A DNA stretch of 64,000 bases from contig JACETR010000006.1 in NCBI GenBank assembly GCA_013911165.1, positions 4,570 through 68,569 on the forward strand. The letters run 5' to 3'. The position numbers and the translations under genes are program-made. Positions 37,538-46,309 of the stretch are shown piece after piece. This DNA comes from Planctomycetota bacterium (GTDB lineage: Bacteria > Planctomycetota > UBA8108 > UBA1146). How positions within the stretch are numbered: the first letter of the stretch is position 1; every line of letters begins with the position of its first letter. The notes under the pieces are model-generated. The model saw only the letters and a list, made by a program, of their open reading frames with translations. It did no database searches and was not told where the DNA came from.

Positions 37538-39250
37538 GTGGCTGATAAATCCCCATCTTCCGACCTCGAAATCGCCCGCTCTGTCCCCCTGAAGGACATC
37601 CGGGAGATCGCAGCAAATTACGGAATCGAAGAATCCGAGTTGACCCCCCATGGCCGTTTCATGGCCAAGGTGCCCCTGTCGATTCTCGATCGACTTTCTG
37701 ATCGCCCCGATGGCAAGTATATCGACGTCACCGCCATCAATCCGACTCCGTTGGGTGAGGGCAAGACTGTCACCACCATCGGTCTCGGACTCGGCCTGAA
37801 CCACATTGGCAAAAAAGCAGTCTCAACGATTCGTCAGCCATCCATGGGTCCTGTTTTCGGAATCAAGGGCGGAGCTGCTGGAGGAGGTCACAGCCAAGTC
37901 ATCCCCATGGAAGACTTCAACCTTCACCTGACCGGAGATACTCATGCAGTGGGCCTGGCCAACAACCTGCTCGCAGCCTGGGTGGACACTTCCCTGTTGA
38001 TGGGTAACCCCTGTGATATCGACCCTGCCACAGTGACTTGGCGTCGTTGTCTCGATGTCAACGATCGAACCCTGCGTCAGGTCATCACAGGACTTGGTGG
38101 ATCCAAAAATGGAGTCCCAAGAGAAACCGGTTTTGACATCACCAGCGCCAGTGAAGTCATGGCAATTCTGGGCCTCTCCAGAGATGCCGCCGACCTGAGA
38201 AAACGCCTTGGCAGCATCATCGTGGCCAGCAACCGTGCAGGAGATCCGGTCACCGCAGAAGATCTTGGAGCTGCAGGAGCGATGGCGGTGGTTCTCAAGG
38301 ATGCGATCCACCCGACGTTCATGCAGACACTCGAAGGGACCGGTTGTTTCGTCCATACAGGTCCCTTTGCCAATATTGCGCATGGTAACTCATCCATCGT
38401 CGCCGACCGTATCGCTCTCAAACTGTGTGATTACGTCGTGACTGAGAGTGGTTTTGGTGCCGATATGGGGGCAGAGAAGTTCTTCAACATCAAATGCCGT
38501 GTCAGCGGCTTGAAACCGGATGCCGCAGTTGTCGTGGCAACCATCCGTGCTTTGAAAGTCCACAGTGGTCGCTTCAAGGTCGTTCCAGGCAAGCCCCTCC
38601 CTGAAGAAATGCTCAAGGAAGACGTCTCTGCCATCGAGGAAGGCATCGGAAACCTTCGCCGCCACATCGAAAACGTGGGCAAGTTTGGCGTTCCCGTGGT
38701 CGTTGCCCTTAACCGCTTCCCCACAGATTCCGATGCAGAAGTCTCTGCAGTGATCGAGTTGGCCAAACAATGCGGTGCATTTGATGCTGTTGTGTCTGAC
38801 GTTCATGCCCGCGGTGGTGAAGGGGGTGCTGCTCTTGCCGAGGCGGTGGTTCGTGCCTGTGAGGAAGTACCTGCAAACTTCTCCACCCTTTACCCGGATG
38901 AAATGCCCATTAAGGAAAAGATCCAAACCGTGTGCACCGAGATCTACAGGGCAGATGGTGTCGACTTCAAACCTGCTGCACGCAAGGCGATGAGGAAATA
39001 TGAAAAGTTGGGTCTCGGCCACCTGCCCGTTTGTATGGCAAAAACACAGTACTCCTTCAGTGACGATCCCAAAAAGATCGGAGCACCAGACAACTTCCGA
39101 ATGACGGTCCGCGATGTTCGACTCTCTGCAGGAGCAGGATTCCTCTACGCCCTGACCGGTGACATCATGACGATGCCGGGACTCGGATCAAAGCCCGCCC
39201 TGCTGACCATTGACCTTGATGACCAGGGCCTGCCCCAGGGACTCTTCTAA
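37538..39250 (+). CDS. fhs: Formate--tetrahydrofolate ligase
   Basis: TAINPTPLGEGKTVT, FGIKGGAAGGG, FNLHLTGD, GPFANIAHG, TESGFGADMGAEKF, CMAKTQYSFSD. Confidence 0.97.
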   Translation: MADKSPSSDLEIARSVPLKDIREIAANYGIEESELTPHGRFMAKVPLSILDRLSDRPDGKYIDVTAINPTPLGEGKTVTTIGLGLGLNHIGKKAVSTIRQPSMGPVFGIKGGAAGGGHSQVIPMEDFNLHLTGDTHAVGLANNLLAAWVDTSLLMGNPCDIDPATVTWRRCLDVNDRTLRQVITGLGGSKNGVPRETGFDITSASEVMAILGLSRDAADLRKRLGSIIVASNRAGDPVTAEDLGAAGAMAVVLKDAIHPTFMQTLEGTGCFVHTGPFANIAHGNSSIVADRIALKLCDYVVTESGFGADMGAEKFFNIKCRVSGLKPDAAVVVATIRALKVHSGRFKVVPGKPLPEEMLKEDVSAIEEGIGNLRRHIENVGKFGVPVVVALNRFPTDSDAEVSAVIELAKQCGAFDAVVSDVHARGGEGGAALAEAVVRACEEVPANFSTLYPDEMPIKEKIQTVCTEIYRADGVDFKPAARKAMRKYEKLGLGHLPVCMAKTQYSFSDDPKKIGAPDNFRMTVRDVRLSAGAGFLYALTGDIMTMPGLGSKPALLTIDLDDQGLPQGLF

Positions 39251-39981
39251 TGACCCGATTCTTCATGGGAACTCTTTGGCTCGTCCTCACCCTCGCTCTG
39301 GGCATCGGAGCGAGTTCCGCCTCCGTTTTCGCCGAAGAGAAGCCCTATTCGGGCCTGGTGACCATCCAAAAGGTCAACAAGGCAGAGGGGGCCCAACAGA
39401 TCATCGAAGTCAAAGGAAAGAAGGGCACCCTTCAAGTCACACTGAGCAACGAAACGGTCATCGACCTCCACGCGCTCATTTCCCTCAAGGACGTGGAGCC
39501 CGGTTCAACGATTCATGTTCTGGCCAAGAAACAGGCTGAACAGCATGGATCCGGGGGAGCCCGATACCCGCCGATGCTGGTGCAGATTCATGCCATCGTC
39601 ACCGGATCCCTGAAGCCCCCTTTCGTGCCGGAGAAGCTTCAGGAACAGGGCCTGACCTGGGTCAGTGGAACACTGAAGCAGGTGGAGAATGGACGCGAAC
39701 GGGATGTGGACGGATATCGACTGGGAACTTCTCTGGGAACGGAAGTTCTCAAAGTGGAGCGGGTAAAGAGTTCAAAACTGAAGAAGCGTATGAAAGTTTT
39801 TATCAGTGGTTATCTCGATGAATCCGATCGAAAAAACAAGACTCTCGATGCGGTGGAATTGATTTCCATGGCCCAGCGCTGGAAAAAATACCCGTCGACC
39901 CACGACTTCTCCAAGCGCACTCCGAAACCCCGCAAAAAGAAAAAGGACGACTCCAAAGAGGACGACGATCTTCCTTTTTAG
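39250..39981 (+). CDS. Hypothetical protein with signal-like N-terminus, Lys-rich and acidic DDDLPF C-terminus
   Basis: TAATG coupling to fhs; hydrophobic N-terminus ending VFA-EE; beta-rich body. Confidence 0.75.
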   Translation: MTRFFMGTLWLVLTLALGIGASSASVFAEEKPYSGLVTIQKVNKAEGAQQIIEVKGKKGTLQVTLSNETVIDLHALISLKDVEPGSTIHVLAKKQAEQHGSGGARYPPMLVQIHAIVTGSLKPPFVPEKLQEQGLTWVSGTLKQVENGRERDVDGYRLGTSLGTEVLKVERVKSSKLKKRMKVFISGYLDESDRKNKTLDAVELISMAQRWKKYPSTHDFSKRTPKPRKKKKDDSKEDDDLPF

Positions 39982-40649
39982 GTATCTCTGAAGAAGCGGA
40001 ACAGGGTTCCCTGACGCCACTTTTTGGAAAGTTCCTCAATCCAGCCTGTGGCTGGCTTTGTGGTCTCCCCGTCTCCGCCAGTCTCTGCATCAGTTTCCTC
40101 GTGGCAAATCAGGATGCCGCCACATCCCACATGCAGGTAATCCCGCTTGCCCTTGGCGATGGAATTTCTCAGTCGAGTGCTGACTTCAAGGGATTCGTTG
40201 CACTTCTCACACTGGACTGGGTGACGTCGGTGACGCCCCCTCGCCCGCATCTGATGGGTTCTTTTTCCATTGCCGCCCAGTTCTAGAAAAATCGATTTCC
40301 ATTCTGATCCATGAGCACGTGCTTTAGGCCCGGCAATGATGTGGGCCAGTTCGTGCAAGACCGTATTCCGATACTCACCGCGATTCTCGGTCAGACTGAA
40401 GATGGGAAGACTGAGACCGATCTGTCGGCGTTGGGGACAGGCATTGCCCGCACTGCTCGTCAAACGACCGCTCAGTCGAATCGTTGTCCCCTTCAGTCGA
40501 TCCCGATATTTGGGAAAACGTTCCAGAACTTCGGACAGGATCTCCTCTGCCTCCACCTGGAGGTCAGCTGCGAATACTTCAGAAGTAGTGGAACTTTTCT
40601 CCATCACAACCCGATCCCTATTCCGCTGATCGATCGCTGAGTCGGTCAA
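39978..40649 (-). CDS. SprT-like zinc metalloprotease
   Basis: RLTSSAG, TVLHELAH, HGSEWK, CEKC...HVGC zinc ribbon; C-terminal QGTLFRFF. Confidence 0.85.
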   Translation of the reverse strand: MTDSAIDQRNRDRVVMEKSSTTSEVFAADLQVEAEEILSEVLERFPKYRDRLKGTTIRLSGRLTSSAGNACPQRRQIGLSLPIFSLTENRGEYRNTVLHELAHIIAGPKARAHGSEWKSIFLELGGNGKRTHQMRARGRHRRHPVQCEKCNESLEVSTRLRNSIAKGKRDYLHVGCGGILICHEETDAETGGDGETTKPATGWIEELSKKWRQGTLFRFFRDT

Positions 40650-41592
40650 CAGCCAAATACAGGGCTTGGGTTCCCAGCTTTGCTCCCCCGGATTTCATCA
40701 CTTCCCCGTAGAGTTCTCTCGCCAGTTGAAGTCCCGGCAATCGAATCCCCATGCTTTCACACTCTGAAAGAGCGATCTCCATATCCTTGACGAAGTGCTC
40801 AACGAAGAATCCGGGATCGAAATCCTCACGGAGAACTCGAGGAGCCAGATTCGTCAGCGACCAGGATCCTGCGGCTCCTCCGGAAACGCTTTGTAATACT
40901 TTTGCAGGATCGAGCCCTGATTTTCTGGCGTAGATCAATCCTTCACACATGCCGATCATGGTGCTGGCAATGATGGTCTGATTGACCATCTTCGTATGCT
41001 GCCCCGCACCCGGGCCACCCTGCAGATGAATCTCTCCCCCCAACACTTCAAGGATGGGAAGGGCTTCCTGAAAGGCATCTTCCTCGCCCCCCACCATGAT
41101 GCTGAGAGTTCCATTGCGTGCTCCCACGTCTCCGCCGGAGACTGGAGCATCCAGAAAGGTAACACCGGCCTCATCACCCTTTTCGTGAAGAGAGCGTGCG
41201 AGTGAAGGCTGACTGGTGGTCATATCGATGGCGAGACGGCACTTTCGATTTTCTTTTGTGTCGGAAAGCACTCCCCTGTCGCCGGTAAAGATCTCTTCGA
41301 CATCGTCCGGGTAACCGACGATGGAGATGACAACATCATGCTGTGCCGCCAATTCTTGGGGGCTGTCATGCCACTGCGCCCCCGAGTCCAGCAGATCCCT
41401 GGCCTTGCTTTCCGTGCGGGTATAAATGCCCACGGTATATCCGGCCTCCAACAGGTGGGAAGCCATCGACTTCCCCATGACCCCTGTCCCGATCCAGCCC
41501 ACTGATGGTTTCAAGCCGTCCTCATTTCCGCAATCAGGGCAATTCCACCCCTTTTTTCCTGAAAAGAAGTCTACACCCGGAATGCTCTCCAT
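40618..41592 (-). CDS. NAD(P)-dependent beta-hydroxyacid dehydrogenase (3-hydroxyisobutyrate/tartronate semialdehyde reductase family)
   Basis: GWIGTGVMG, DAPVSGGDVGA, GAGQHTKMVNQ, PGFFVEHFVKD. Start set at 41592 because the ORF extension overlaps the opposite-strand gene. Confidence 0.9.
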   Translation of the reverse strand: MESIPGVDFFSGKKGWNCPDCGNEDGLKPSVGWIGTGVMGKSMASHLLEAGYTVGIYTRTESKARDLLDSGAQWHDSPQELAAQHDVVISIVGYPDDVEEIFTGDRGVLSDTKENRKCRLAIDMTTSQPSLARSLHEKGDEAGVTFLDAPVSGGDVGARNGTLSIMVGGEEDAFQEALPILEVLGGEIHLQGGPGAGQHTKMVNQTIIASTMIGMCEGLIYARKSGLDPAKVLQSVSGGAAGSWSLTNLAPRVLREDFDPGFFVEHFVKDMEIALSECESMGIRLPGLQLARELYGEVMKSGGAKLGTQALYLAVDRLSDRSAE

Positions 41593-41704
41593 ACAGGAGG
41601 AGTCCTGACCTCGACAAATTTCATGTTCTGTGGCATGATCGACTCTTGGGCTCGCAGTATCCGGGACCCATTTGACTGATTTTCTTTTCCCAAAGAAGGA
41701 CTCG

Positions 41705-42295
41705 ATGCTCTCAGCAAAAGTCAAATTTCTGGGTGAATACCTCGCCAATCCCGGGCTGATCGGAGCCGTCGCTCCGAGTGGTTCTGCCTTGGCTGCACGC
41801 ATGCTCGATGGAATCTCTCTGACCCAGGCCAAAACCGTGGTCGAACTGGGACCTGGAACGGGCGTCTTCACCCGCGAGATCATGAAGCGGATTCCTGAAC
41901 CCTGTCGCTTTCTGGCCATCGAAAAGAATCCCCTCTTCGCTGAAGAGCTTCAGAAGAGCGGTGACCTGACCGCGTTGACCGAAATTATCGAAGGGGATGC
42001 GGGCGATCTGGGCTCCCTGCTTCAGGAGAGAAACCTGGAAGAGGTGGATGTCGTCATCTCGGGATTGCCTTGGGCAGCATTCCCCGGCCCCCTGCAAGAA
42101 CAGGTGTTGAATCAGGTTTCGGAAAAGCTCTCACCCAAAGGTTACTTTGTGACCTTTGCCTACGGAGGGATTCACCTGCTTCCCAAAGCTCGCGCCTTCC
42201 GCAAGGAACTCGAAAAACACTTCTCAAAGATCAGCAAGACCAAAACCGTCTGGAGAAACCTGCCGCCCGCCTTTGCCTATCAATGCAGAAAGTAA
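41705..42295 (+). CDS. Lipid N-methyltransferase (PmtA/OlsG-like class I SAM methyltransferase)
   Basis: NPGLIGAVAPSG, VVELGPGTGVFT, VISGLPW, FVTFAY, VWRNLPPA. Confidence 0.82.
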   Translation: MLSAKVKFLGEYLANPGLIGAVAPSGSALAARMLDGISLTQAKTVVELGPGTGVFTREIMKRIPEPCRFLAIEKNPLFAEELQKSGDLTALTEIIEGDAGDLGSLLQERNLEEVDVVISGLPWAAFPGPLQEQVLNQVSEKLSPKGYFVTFAYGGIHLLPKARAFRKELEKHFSKISKTKTVWRNLPPAFAYQCRK

Positions 42296-42307
42296 AAGGT
42301 GCGAGCC

Positions 42308-42982
42308 ATGGGTTCATGGGAGTGGATCGTCTTTGCAGTAGGCCTGAGCGTATCATTCGTCATTGCCGGGATCGTGATTCTCAAGGCGATTGCCCGACAG
42401 ACTCAGGCGAAAACGAATGAACGACGGGAAGCTTTACAAAAACTGAACTTCCGGTTCACGACCAAAATCGATGCCGAAAAATCGGAGCAGCTGGACTCGG
42501 TTCTTTCGATCCAGAAATTACAAGGTTATTCAAAGAAATCTCTGGCGAGCGGTGTCTACCGTGACCACCCCGTCCAGCTCCTGAATCTGGAATCGATCTA
42601 TTTCAACGGAAATATAGCGGTCCAAATTCGACAAACGGTCGGTCTGATTCCCCTGAACCAATCTGTTCCGAAAATGATCATCACTCCAAAAAATGTGCTT
42701 CATGGACTCGGAGAGCTGTTCGGCTCAAAGTCGCTGTCTTTTCCGACCCACCCGGACTTTTCCAGAAAATATACGGTCAAAGGGCAGCAGCTCGAGTTGA
42801 TCGAAGATTTCATGACTCCACAGGTCCTCGAGTTTTTCGAAGCGCGTCCGGGAATCTTCTGGGCAGTATCGAAGAATACGCTCCTGTATTTCAACTCTCA
42901 AAAAGAGCTGTATTCATTCCATGAAATCGAGCGTTTCCTCAAACGCGGGACCCGTCTGGCTTCACACCTGAACAAATCGTGA
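42308..42982 (+). CDS. Hypothetical single-TM membrane-anchored protein
   Basis: N-terminal TM helix; FPTHPDFSRKYTV motif; RBS-like AAGG upstream. Confidence 0.7.
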   Translation: MGSWEWIVFAVGLSVSFVIAGIVILKAIARQTQAKTNERREALQKLNFRFTTKIDAEKSEQLDSVLSIQKLQGYSKKSLASGVYRDHPVQLLNLESIYFNGNIAVQIRQTVGLIPLNQSVPKMIITPKNVLHGLGELFGSKSLSFPTHPDFSRKYTVKGQQLELIEDFMTPQVLEFFEARPGIFWAVSKNTLLYFNSQKELYSFHEIERFLKRGTRLASHLNKS

Positions 42983-42984
42983 GT

Positions 42985-44124
42985 TCATTCCTTGCGGAGC
43001 TTTTCGAATCGCTGATCCAGGTCATCCATCGTCATGCGGCGACAGGCGATCCACGGAGATTCTCCCGGAGTCCAATGACCGTACGTGATGGTGACAATGG
43101 TTCCGTCCGCCTGCTGAAGGACCGCCGGATAGGCACAGTCGCCACGGACATGGTTATCCATGATCCTGACGCGATACTGCCCTTCCCGACCCTCCACGAT
43201 GTCTTCCCAGGTCCCGACCCATGCCACCCAGTCACCTTTGGTAGAACTCTCCAGCGTGGTATCGCGGAATGAAATAAAGAGACGCCCATCGCCGGTGTGA
43301 ATCGCAGTATGCCGGTCGCCGGTCAGGGCTGCGGGAAGCGGCCGAGGCGTTGACCAGGTCTTGCCTTCATTTTCGCTGAAAATAACGTAGGAATTTTTGC
43401 GGCGGCTGTTTTCACGCAAGAGCAGAGCCAGCGTTTTCCCATCCGGAGAACGGACAAATCCGGGCTCGCATAGATGGACATTCGGTAAATGGGCGATGGC
43501 CACCGGATTGGACCAGGTCAATCCCCCATCGCTGGAGTGGGTCTGGAACACATCAAACCGTGCGGGGCCCCGCTCCTTCATCAGGAAGCGGCCATCGTCA
43601 TGAAACCAGGCCGCGTGGGTTCCATCCGCCAACTCGGCGACCGAACCCATGACGACGATCCCACCCCAATCTCCCACTGGTTTCAGGGGAGACCAGTTGG
43701 CTCCGTCATCTTCGCTGACCGCCAACTTTGCCGGGTGAAGACCGGACCACATGATCAATCGTTTCTTTCCCTGGCGATCGACCATGCGATGAATCGTGGG
43801 AACTTCCTTTGAAGTCTTCCAGTTTTCAGGGGTTGGCAGTCGATCACTCCAGGTCTGGCCACCATCTTCACTCTTGCGATAAACGATGGCTCCTCCACCG
43901 TGACCCTTCGGATAAACACACAGAATGGTTTTGTCGTCCTCCAGAAGGACAGCGGTCGGATGCCCGAGATACTGGCCCGCTTCACGGTCCACCGTGATCA
44001 CTCCCGGTTCAGTAGCGAGATCGACCACGGGAATGGTGTAACCCCTGGGAAGATCACCGGCGGAACCACCCGCAGTGACGAGAAGGAAAATTCCCGTCAG
44101 AAAGACTGAAGACATCCAAATCAC
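42985..44124 (-). CDS. BNR/Asp-box sialidase-fold secreted protein
   Basis: Four Asp boxes (SEDGGQTW, SEDDGANW, SSDGGLTW, SENEGKTW); DCAYP; signal peptide. Confidence 0.85.
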   Translation of the reverse strand: MIWMSSVFLTGIFLLVTAGGSAGDLPRGYTIPVVDLATEPGVITVDREAGQYLGHPTAVLLEDDKTILCVYPKGHGGGAIVYRKSEDGGQTWSDRLPTPENWKTSKEVPTIHRMVDRQGKKRLIMWSGLHPAKLAVSEDDGANWSPLKPVGDWGGIVVMGSVAELADGTHAAWFHDDGRFLMKERGPARFDVFQTHSSDGGLTWSNPVAIAHLPNVHLCEPGFVRSPDGKTLALLLRENSRRKNSYVIFSENEGKTWSTPRPLPAALTGDRHTAIHTGDGRLFISFRDTTLESSTKGDWVAWVGTWEDIVEGREGQYRVRIMDNHVRGDCAYPAVLQQADGTIVTITYGHWTPGESPWIACRRMTMDDLDQRFEKLRKE

Positions 44125-44139
44125 CTGCCCATTCCCCGT

Positions 44140-45213
44140 TTACTTGCCGGTGCCATTCGATCGCCAGAAACCGTACCCGGCGGCCACCACCAGACCGATG
44201 ACGATGGCCACTTTGCCGGCAGCTGTGGTTCCAGCTCCACTGGAGGCCAGACCCAGTCCATGACTCAGGGCTCCCCCGAGGAGGATTCCCATGACCGCCA
44301 TCGCCGCATCGCCATTGCCTTCACCGGTCATCACCAGTTGACGGACGGGACAGCCCCCCGCGAGACAGCCACACAGTCCAACGAGAGCCAAGGCGAGGGC
44401 AGACCAGAGAATGTCAACATGAGCCGCCGGCTGCCCCTCAAAAGAGATGACACCCTTGCCAGTGGAAAATGCGACCGCAGCATAACCAACCATCATCGCC
44501 AGAGTTGCCCACAACATGCGGCGATCCTTTTGGAAAATCTGACGTGCTGCAGTGACCGCACAGAAACGGGTGGCAGAGAGTAAAGCCCCTCCACCGAAAG
44601 CCAGCCCCAGGGACAACTTCCAGTCTGCATGTGCGGGAGCTCCCGCTTCACCAGGCCCAGGCCCTGACAAGAGTCCCTGTGCCCACAGAATGCCAGCCCC
44701 CAGTAACAACAGCGGACCCAATAGTCCGACTGGGGCAGGAGCCACTTCCGTTTTGCCGACGTTGTAGCCCCGTTTCTCAAGCCACAAGCCGAATCCGACG
44801 CCGATCACAAACCCGGGTACTGCTGCCCAGGCGGAAAGATCGCCGCCGGCGATTCGCTGAATCATGCGGAAAGGACAGCCAAGGAAGACGAGACTCGAGA
44901 TGCCCATCCAGACACCAAAGAAGAAGCGGGTAGCCGCATGGGAACCGGAACGGGCTTCCCATTTGCTTCGGGCAAACATCCACGCCATGGCACCAAAGAC
45001 CACTCCAAGGACTTCCGGCCGCAAATACCTGAGCTTTGCAGGTTCACTGAAGAGGTTCAGGGCACCACTGCTGTCACGCAGGAAACAGGCGCCGCAGATT
45101 CCCATGTTTCCCGGATTGCCATTCGCTACCAGGATTCCACAGAATGCGCCAACCCCCAGCATCGCCAGAACTCCGCGCACAAAGTTGCCGCGATCGTATT
45201 CGCCTCTGAGCAT
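44140..45213 (-). CDS. YedE/YeeE family transporter, selenium-metabolism-associated subfamily
   Basis: GNPGNMGICGACFLRD, YLRPE, FLGCPFRM, GGCPVRQLVMTGEGNGD; multi-TM. Confidence 0.85.
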   Translation of the reverse strand: MLRGEYDRGNFVRGVLAMLGVGAFCGILVANGNPGNMGICGACFLRDSSGALNLFSEPAKLRYLRPEVLGVVFGAMAWMFARSKWEARSGSHAATRFFFGVWMGISSLVFLGCPFRMIQRIAGGDLSAWAAVPGFVIGVGFGLWLEKRGYNVGKTEVAPAPVGLLGPLLLLGAGILWAQGLLSGPGPGEAGAPAHADWKLSLGLAFGGGALLSATRFCAVTAARQIFQKDRRMLWATLAMMVGYAAVAFSTGKGVISFEGQPAAHVDILWSALALALVGLCGCLAGGCPVRQLVMTGEGNGDAAMAVMGILLGGALSHGLGLASSGAGTTAAGKVAIVIGLVVAAGYGFWRSNGTGK

Positions 45214-45244
45214 CACATTTCCCCATCTGCCCCGCAGGGACCCT

Positions 45245-46246
45245 TCAATTGACAAAAACCACTTCGAACGCCAGAAGGGTCGAGAACTCCCGGCCTTCAT
45301 CTGGAAGATCTGACCAGAACATTCGCGGAGCCACCTCTACATAGAGCCACTCGTAGAGCACTCTCTTGCGCCAGGCCAGTTCCACAGAGGAACCTTCCAA
45401 CTCTGCTCCGGTACCGACAAACCCGTACTCTGAAGCGGTGAGACGCAAGGTCGCCTCACCCTTCAGCGGCAGGTAATGATCCACGGAAAAAATTGATTCA
45501 GGAGCATCGTCTGCGAAGCGGACACCTTCGAGGGAAAATCGCAACAACCGGTCGGAGATCAGTCGCTCCCAGCGAAATTCGGTTCTGACCCCTGCCCCCA
45601 GTTCTTCACGGTACTCCATCCCCTGCACGAATCTCATGTTCCAATTTTCGAGTGCCTGCCAGTCATATTGCCAGCGAAGGCGAACCCGGGTTTTGGGGTC
45701 GGATGAAATTTTGACGCCGCCATCCAGCGTCCAGCGTCCCGGAAAGTTTCTGAAGAGGGAAATTCTCAATCCGGAAACGTTGCCATCCTCCAGAGGATTA
45801 TCTGGATCTTCCTCGTTGGATTCACTGCCGAGGACTTCGTTAAAATCGCTGAGAAAATCCTCTCTGAGGGATTCAACAAAGAAACCGAGTCTCTGCTGCG
45901 TTCGCGGAAGCACTGCATTTGCACGGATCTTGAAGCGAATATTGGGCCGTTCACCCTCCGTGAAACGGAACTGGGTACGGATTCGCAAGCGGGTCTCCAC
46001 CGGTTCGTCTTCCAGTCGACGATCACCGAAGAAATCATCCACTCTTTCACTGATCTGGAAGATCCGGCTCCCCAGACGGGTATGAAAATCGTTGATCGAC
46101 TCCACACGACGCTCCGCAGAAGAAGGAGGATCCGGTTCCTGGGCCTGTGCAGAAATGACAGGAACAAGCAGAAAGAGGGCCAACAGCAAGCCCTGCTGCA
46201 GCGTAAAATTCCGGATCGACTGGAGTTGGGACAATTTCTGGATCAC
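45245..46246 (-). CDS. Putative outer-membrane beta-barrel hypothetical protein
   Basis: Signal peptide (AQA-QE); VDDFFGD helix followed by amphipathic beta strands; aromatic residue near the C-terminus (FEVVFVN). Confidence 0.65.
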   Translation of the reverse strand: MIQKLSQLQSIRNFTLQQGLLLALFLLVPVISAQAQEPDPPSSAERRVESINDFHTRLGSRIFQISERVDDFFGDRRLEDEPVETRLRIRTQFRFTEGERPNIRFKIRANAVLPRTQQRLGFFVESLREDFLSDFNEVLGSESNEEDPDNPLEDGNVSGLRISLFRNFPGRWTLDGGVKISSDPKTRVRLRWQYDWQALENWNMRFVQGMEYREELGAGVRTEFRWERLISDRLLRFSLEGVRFADDAPESIFSVDHYLPLKGEATLRLTASEYGFVGTGAELEGSSVELAWRKRVLYEWLYVEVAPRMFWSDLPDEGREFSTLLAFEVVFVN

Positions 46247-46309
46247 GTCGGGAGGATACCCGACCTACCCTGCGGTGAAACCCCACAGCCTCAATGAAGC
46301 GTCGCCCTC

